IMG/VR virus record: IMGVR_UViG_3300033143_005785
Coordinates: 1-37,826 of that record
DNA length: 37,826 bases
Origin: a virus
Lineage: Duplodnaviria; Caudoviricetes
Direction: 5' to 3' (one strand)
Part shown: piece by piece, positions 35,223 through 37,826 of the stretch
How positions within the stretch are numbered: the first letter of the stretch is position 1
How the letters are laid out: each line of letters begins with the position of its first letter
Notes under the pieces: model-generated
What the model was told of the DNA's origin: nothing
What the model saw: only the letters and a program-made list of their open reading frames with translations
Databases searched by the model: none
Program-made: the position numbers and the translations under genes

Positions 35223-35645
35223 CTATTCCTTCCCCGTCCTCTCCCCGTTTAAAATCGCTTTTGTTAATGCTTCTGTTATTTTATTAGTTACAACAATCTG
35301 CGTTACTATTGGTTCCCCGTCTTCACCACCTATCGGCAATACCACCTTCCCTTCTAATCTATCCATTAACTCACGAGCCATAGCCGCATCGCCCTTAACT
35401 GCTTTATATAACATGCCTAATGCAACTAACTGTGCCCATGTCTTATCTTTGTTGACTTCTCCACGAATTTTAATAGGGGGAACTTCCGATAAATACTCCC
35501 TAATTATATCACTAATCACCTTTTCTTTTTTAGGCCGACCTTTAGCATTACCCTTCCATTCCTTGCCTTTCTTAAATTGTGTAGAAACATTAGGATAACT
35601 ATTATTTTTTTCTTTCAGCTTTGTTCCAGTTTTACTGGGAATCAT
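35223..35645 (-). CDS. terS: Terminase small subunit (DUF5681-like N-terminus)
   Basis: TQFKKG...GNAKGRPK, KAVKGD..AM.ELMDRLEGK and GEDGEPI motifs; directly upstream of TerL. Confidence 0.8.
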   Translation of the reverse strand: MIPSKTGTKLKEKNNSYPNVSTQFKKGKEWKGNAKGRPKKEKVISDIIREYLSEVPPIKIRGEVNKDKTWAQLVALGMLYKAVKGDAAMARELMDRLEGKVVLPIGGEDGEPIVTQIVVTNKITEALTKAILNGERTGKE

Positions 35646-35665
35646 AATTATATAATATACCGTAT

Positions 35666-36199
35666 TTAAATTTCCTTTATTTTAAACGGTCTCCTCACTC
35701 CAATTGAAAATTGCTCAGCTGCTTCGAGTGCTTGTATTATACGTTCCTCAGGTTTTAAATGTTTATTAACGAATAATCCCCCTAAGGCAATATCACGTCC
35801 ACAACCAACTGCATTAAAAGATAATTGTGATTCTCCCACTTGATAATCTTCTGCAATAACAAATAATCGTTTTTTATAACCTACTAAAAAAGTCCCTCCA
35901 CTTTCCGCTTCATCTTTCTTTTTGGCATATCCACCATCTTTAAGACAAGTCCTAACTGCTGGTACAAATACAGTAACCATATATTCAAAAACATCTATAT
36001 TTTTATGGTAATTAGGAATTTCTAAATTATATCGAAGCAATTGCCCCATTCTAAATGAAGACGTAAATCCCATTAATAAATTATCTTTAATAAAAACTTT
36101 TGCATCTGCCCGAACTGTTAATGAATAACCGCCAATTCCTGCACTATCGCCACCCATATATATCTTGCCGTTATCAATCACCCCAACTATACATGTCAT
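35666..36199 (-). CDS. Ntn-hydrolase / proteasome beta (HslV-like) phage protein
   Basis: N-terminal M-T-CIVG, MGGDS, a Lys in AKVF, AVGCG..IALG, and ALEAA....GV..PF. Confidence 0.75.
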   Translation of the reverse strand: MTCIVGVIDNGKIYMGGDSAGIGGYSLTVRADAKVFIKDNLLMGFTSSFRMGQLLRYNLEIPNYHKNIDVFEYMVTVFVPAVRTCLKDGGYAKKKDEAESGGTFLVGYKKRLFVIAEDYQVGESQLSFNAVGCGRDIALGGLFVNKHLKPEERIIQALEAAEQFSIGVRRPFKIKEI

Positions 36200-36677
36200 A
36201 CATTCTCCTTTCTCCCTTAAACTTCTCTTCTATTTCCCCTTTTGGCACCACGCCTCTGTCGGATCTTGTATCGGAGTATTCATTACCTTGCTCCTTACAT
36301 TTTGGGCAAATAGCACCTTCATTTATAACTTTTTCCCGGCCCCGCTTCATATCTTTTTTTACAAATTCCATATATACTTCAAATGTCTTGGGCTCGTTAA
36401 ATCCGTCAACAACTAATTCCATTGGTATCGTTTGTGAAATAACATAAGACAAGCGACAAATTTTACATTTTAAACTATTGTCAAATATCTCTACATAAGC
36501 CGCATAATCTTTTTGTGGTCTGTAAGCTATCTTCCAAGGCAGCCCTTCGCTTAAAACGTAATTGTCTAATGCTATTATAGCCTCTACTTCAATATCTTCT
36601 GGATAAAAAAACAGAAATGCTACATTACGTGGTATTCGCCCCTTATATTTCGGATCATTGATATTAACTTCACTCAT
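36174..36677 (-). CDS. Hypothetical protein with two CxxC pairs
   Basis: CKIC and CPKC pairs; likely ATG 36677 after GGAG. Confidence 0.55.
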   Translation of the reverse strand: MSEVNINDPKYKGRIPRNVAFLFFYPEDIEVEAIIALDNYVLSEGLPWKIAYRPQKDYAAYVEIFDNSLKCKICRLSYVISQTIPMELVVDGFNEPKTFEVYMEFVKKDMKRGREKVINEGAICPKCKEQGNEYSDTRSDRGVVPKGEIEEKFKGERRMYDMYSWGD

Positions 36678-36692
36678 TTGTCTCAATCTCCG

Positions 36693-36806
36693 CTATTGCT
36701 CTGGATGCTGCCTATTTGCTCCCCAGCCTTCAGGCCGTTTAGCTACTTCCCCTTCTGGGAGATTCCAATATATAGTCGTTCCCTTCTCTTCACATTTATC
36801 GCTCAT
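36693..36806 (-). CDS. Small hypothetical protein, 37 aa (MSDKCEEKGTTIYWNLPEGEVAKRPEGWGANRQHPEQ)
   Basis: Read manually; SD AGGAGAAGG upstream; fills a gap between genes. Confidence 0.4.
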   Translation of the reverse strand: MSDKCEEKGTTIYWNLPEGEVAKRPEGWGANRQHPEQ

Positions 36807-36876
36807 TTCCTTCTCCTTTCCAACCTTGCAAGGCCAGACCACTTGCTATTTGTTTCCTTCTTTTTCATTCGTGGGC

Positions 36877-37167
36877 TCAAGTGGATTTATCTGGCTTCGC
36901 AAGAACCTTGCCTACTGACCTTATTATCTTTCCTATTCTATCGTAAATTGGTATTAACAAATCTACAATAACCGCCTCTGCTAATGCCCTCAAAGCGATA
37001 TTACATCTAATAAACGCATATTTATTTTGCCACTCTTCGGTCTCTGCCAAAAAACATTTAAAACATATATTTTTTTTCGACAAATGCCGTATCTCATCTA
37101 CAAAATCTTCACATAATATAAAAGCCCTATAATGATAATCGCCGCATTTATCGCATTGTACATTCAT
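36877..37167 (-). CDS. Hypothetical Cys-rich protein
   Basis: Start reassigned to ATG 37167 (MNVQCDKC) after AGGAGAGG, which removes the overlap with 37181..37417. CDKC and CFKC pairs. Confidence 0.55.
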   Translation of the reverse strand: MNVQCDKCGDYHYRAFILCEDFVDEIRHLSKKNICFKCFLAETEEWQNKYAFIRCNIALRALAEAVIVDLLIPIYDRIGKIIRSVGKVLAKPDKST

Positions 37168-37180
37168 TTCGCCTCTCCTT

Positions 37181-37417
37181 TTATGCCTCTCCACTCCATC
37201 TAAAAATTGAGTTTTCCCATTGTTCGCCTTGCAGAATCTCTTTATTTGCTTTGTCAATGTTTGCAATCGCAAGTCGTGTTGCTTTTTCCATTCCCTCAGG
37301 GTCTTCATTTATCTCCTTGACCGTAAGCCCAGAGACCTTTACAAATGCCTTAATTTCTTTAGTAAATGCTTTATTAAATTCTGGTGAAAAATAAGACAAA
37401 TTAATTTTTTCGTTCAT
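37181..37417 (-). CDS. Hypothetical protein
   Basis: Co-oriented and tightly packed ORF. Confidence 0.6.
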   Translation of the reverse strand: MNEKINLSYFSPEFNKAFTKEIKAFVKVSGLTVKEINEDPEGMEKATRLAIANIDKANKEILQGEQWENSIFRWSGEA

Positions 37418-37432
37418 GGTTTCTCTTTATTC

Positions 37433-37660
37433 CTAAGTCCCATTTTTCATAAGAATCTTATTATTTCCCCCGCCTTGCCCCTCTTGCATAATAAACCACT
37501 TCCAAACCACTTCATGCACAGGCTTGAAAATAGGTGTTAAACGACAATTAACACCAGCCGCCTTAAATTCCTCAATTTTTGCCTTTGCCACTGCCTCTGT
37601 CGCAAATACTTCCTCATTGGTTACATTTTTAAACATATCTTTTCTCCTTTTTGCATCCAT
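37433..37660 (-). CDS. Hypothetical protein
   Basis: First ORF downstream of the right-end promoter; the true start may be the internal MFKN after AGGAG. Confidence 0.55.
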   Translation of the reverse strand: MDAKRRKDMFKNVTNEEVFATEAVAKAKIEEFKAAGVNCRLTPIFKPVHEVVWKWFIMQEGQGGGNNKILMKNGT

Positions 37661-37748
37661 CGCCTAAACGAGACGTAGACGATCGTTTTTTACACGTGGC
37701 AAATAAGGCTATTTTGCTTTTTCCCCTTAATTAAAATGAATCAAAGCG

Positions 37749-37777
37749 TTAATAGCACATATTTTAATTAATGTCAA
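37749..37777 (-). promoter_or_regulatory. Sigma70-type promoter candidate
   Basis: TTGACA (37777-37772), 17-nt spacer ending in TGTGC, then TATTAA (37754-37749). Same architecture as the promoter at 1901-1929. Confidence 0.55.
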
Positions 37778-37826
37778 ATGAAATGTGAAATTATATTATT
37801 TTGCGTTTTTCTTTTTTAAACATTCC

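Larger units (their letters stand above)
1..37826 (-). mobile_element. Partial genome of a tailed dsDNA bacteriophage or prophage, siphovirus-like
   Basis: Contiguous co-oriented terminase-portal-MuF-protease-capsid-neck-tail tube-chaperone-tape measure-tail tip-fibre-lysis gene order. No sheath gene and no recognisable host housekeeping genes. Confidence 0.97.

Noticed and set aside
47-36971. All plus-strand ORFs in the track (e.g. 47..379, 22640..23101, 32236..32661)
   Set aside because: They are antisense shadows of well-supported minus-strand genes, with no recognisable motifs.
36877-37308. 143-aa ORF as given in the track
   Set aside because: Its 5' part overlaps 37181..37417, and a better RBS and ATG exist at 37167.
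1-37826. Stop-codon reassignment
   Set aside because: Genes are full length and densely packed under the standard code, and TAA, TAG and TGA all end genes.

Overview
This window is an AT-rich fragment of a tailed dsDNA phage with a siphovirus-type layout (HK97-like head, no tail sheath). All credible genes lie on the minus strand. In transcription order (right to left) it holds: small hypothetical genes; an Ntn-hydrolase; TerS, TerL and portal; a MuF-ADP-ribosyltransferase fusion with a probable immunity gene; a split, multi-domain prohead protease; capsid, decoration and head-fibre genes; neck and tail genes with an embedded glycosyltransferase and a -1 frameshifted tail chaperone; tape measure, tail-tip and fibre genes; a lysis cassette; and a cargo block. 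A sigma70-type promoter then starts a run of small early-type genes. No integrase, replication genes, tRNA or CRISPR array was seen, so the genome is partial and its lifestyle is unknown. Main highlights: (1) a hidden 51-aa stand-alone NrdD-type glycyl-radical peptide gene, missed by the ORF track because a group I intron with no room for P9 and carrying a LAGLIDADG endonuclease splits it right after the radical glycine; (2) head-fibre and tail-fibre proteins with apparent Sec signal peptides, together with three phage glycosyltransferases including a membrane GT-C, suggesting an export-and-glycosylate route for virion fibres; (3) RBS-sequestering RNA structures in the head operon and a dispersed palindromic repeat family. 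All family calls come from motifs read by eye, with no database searches.
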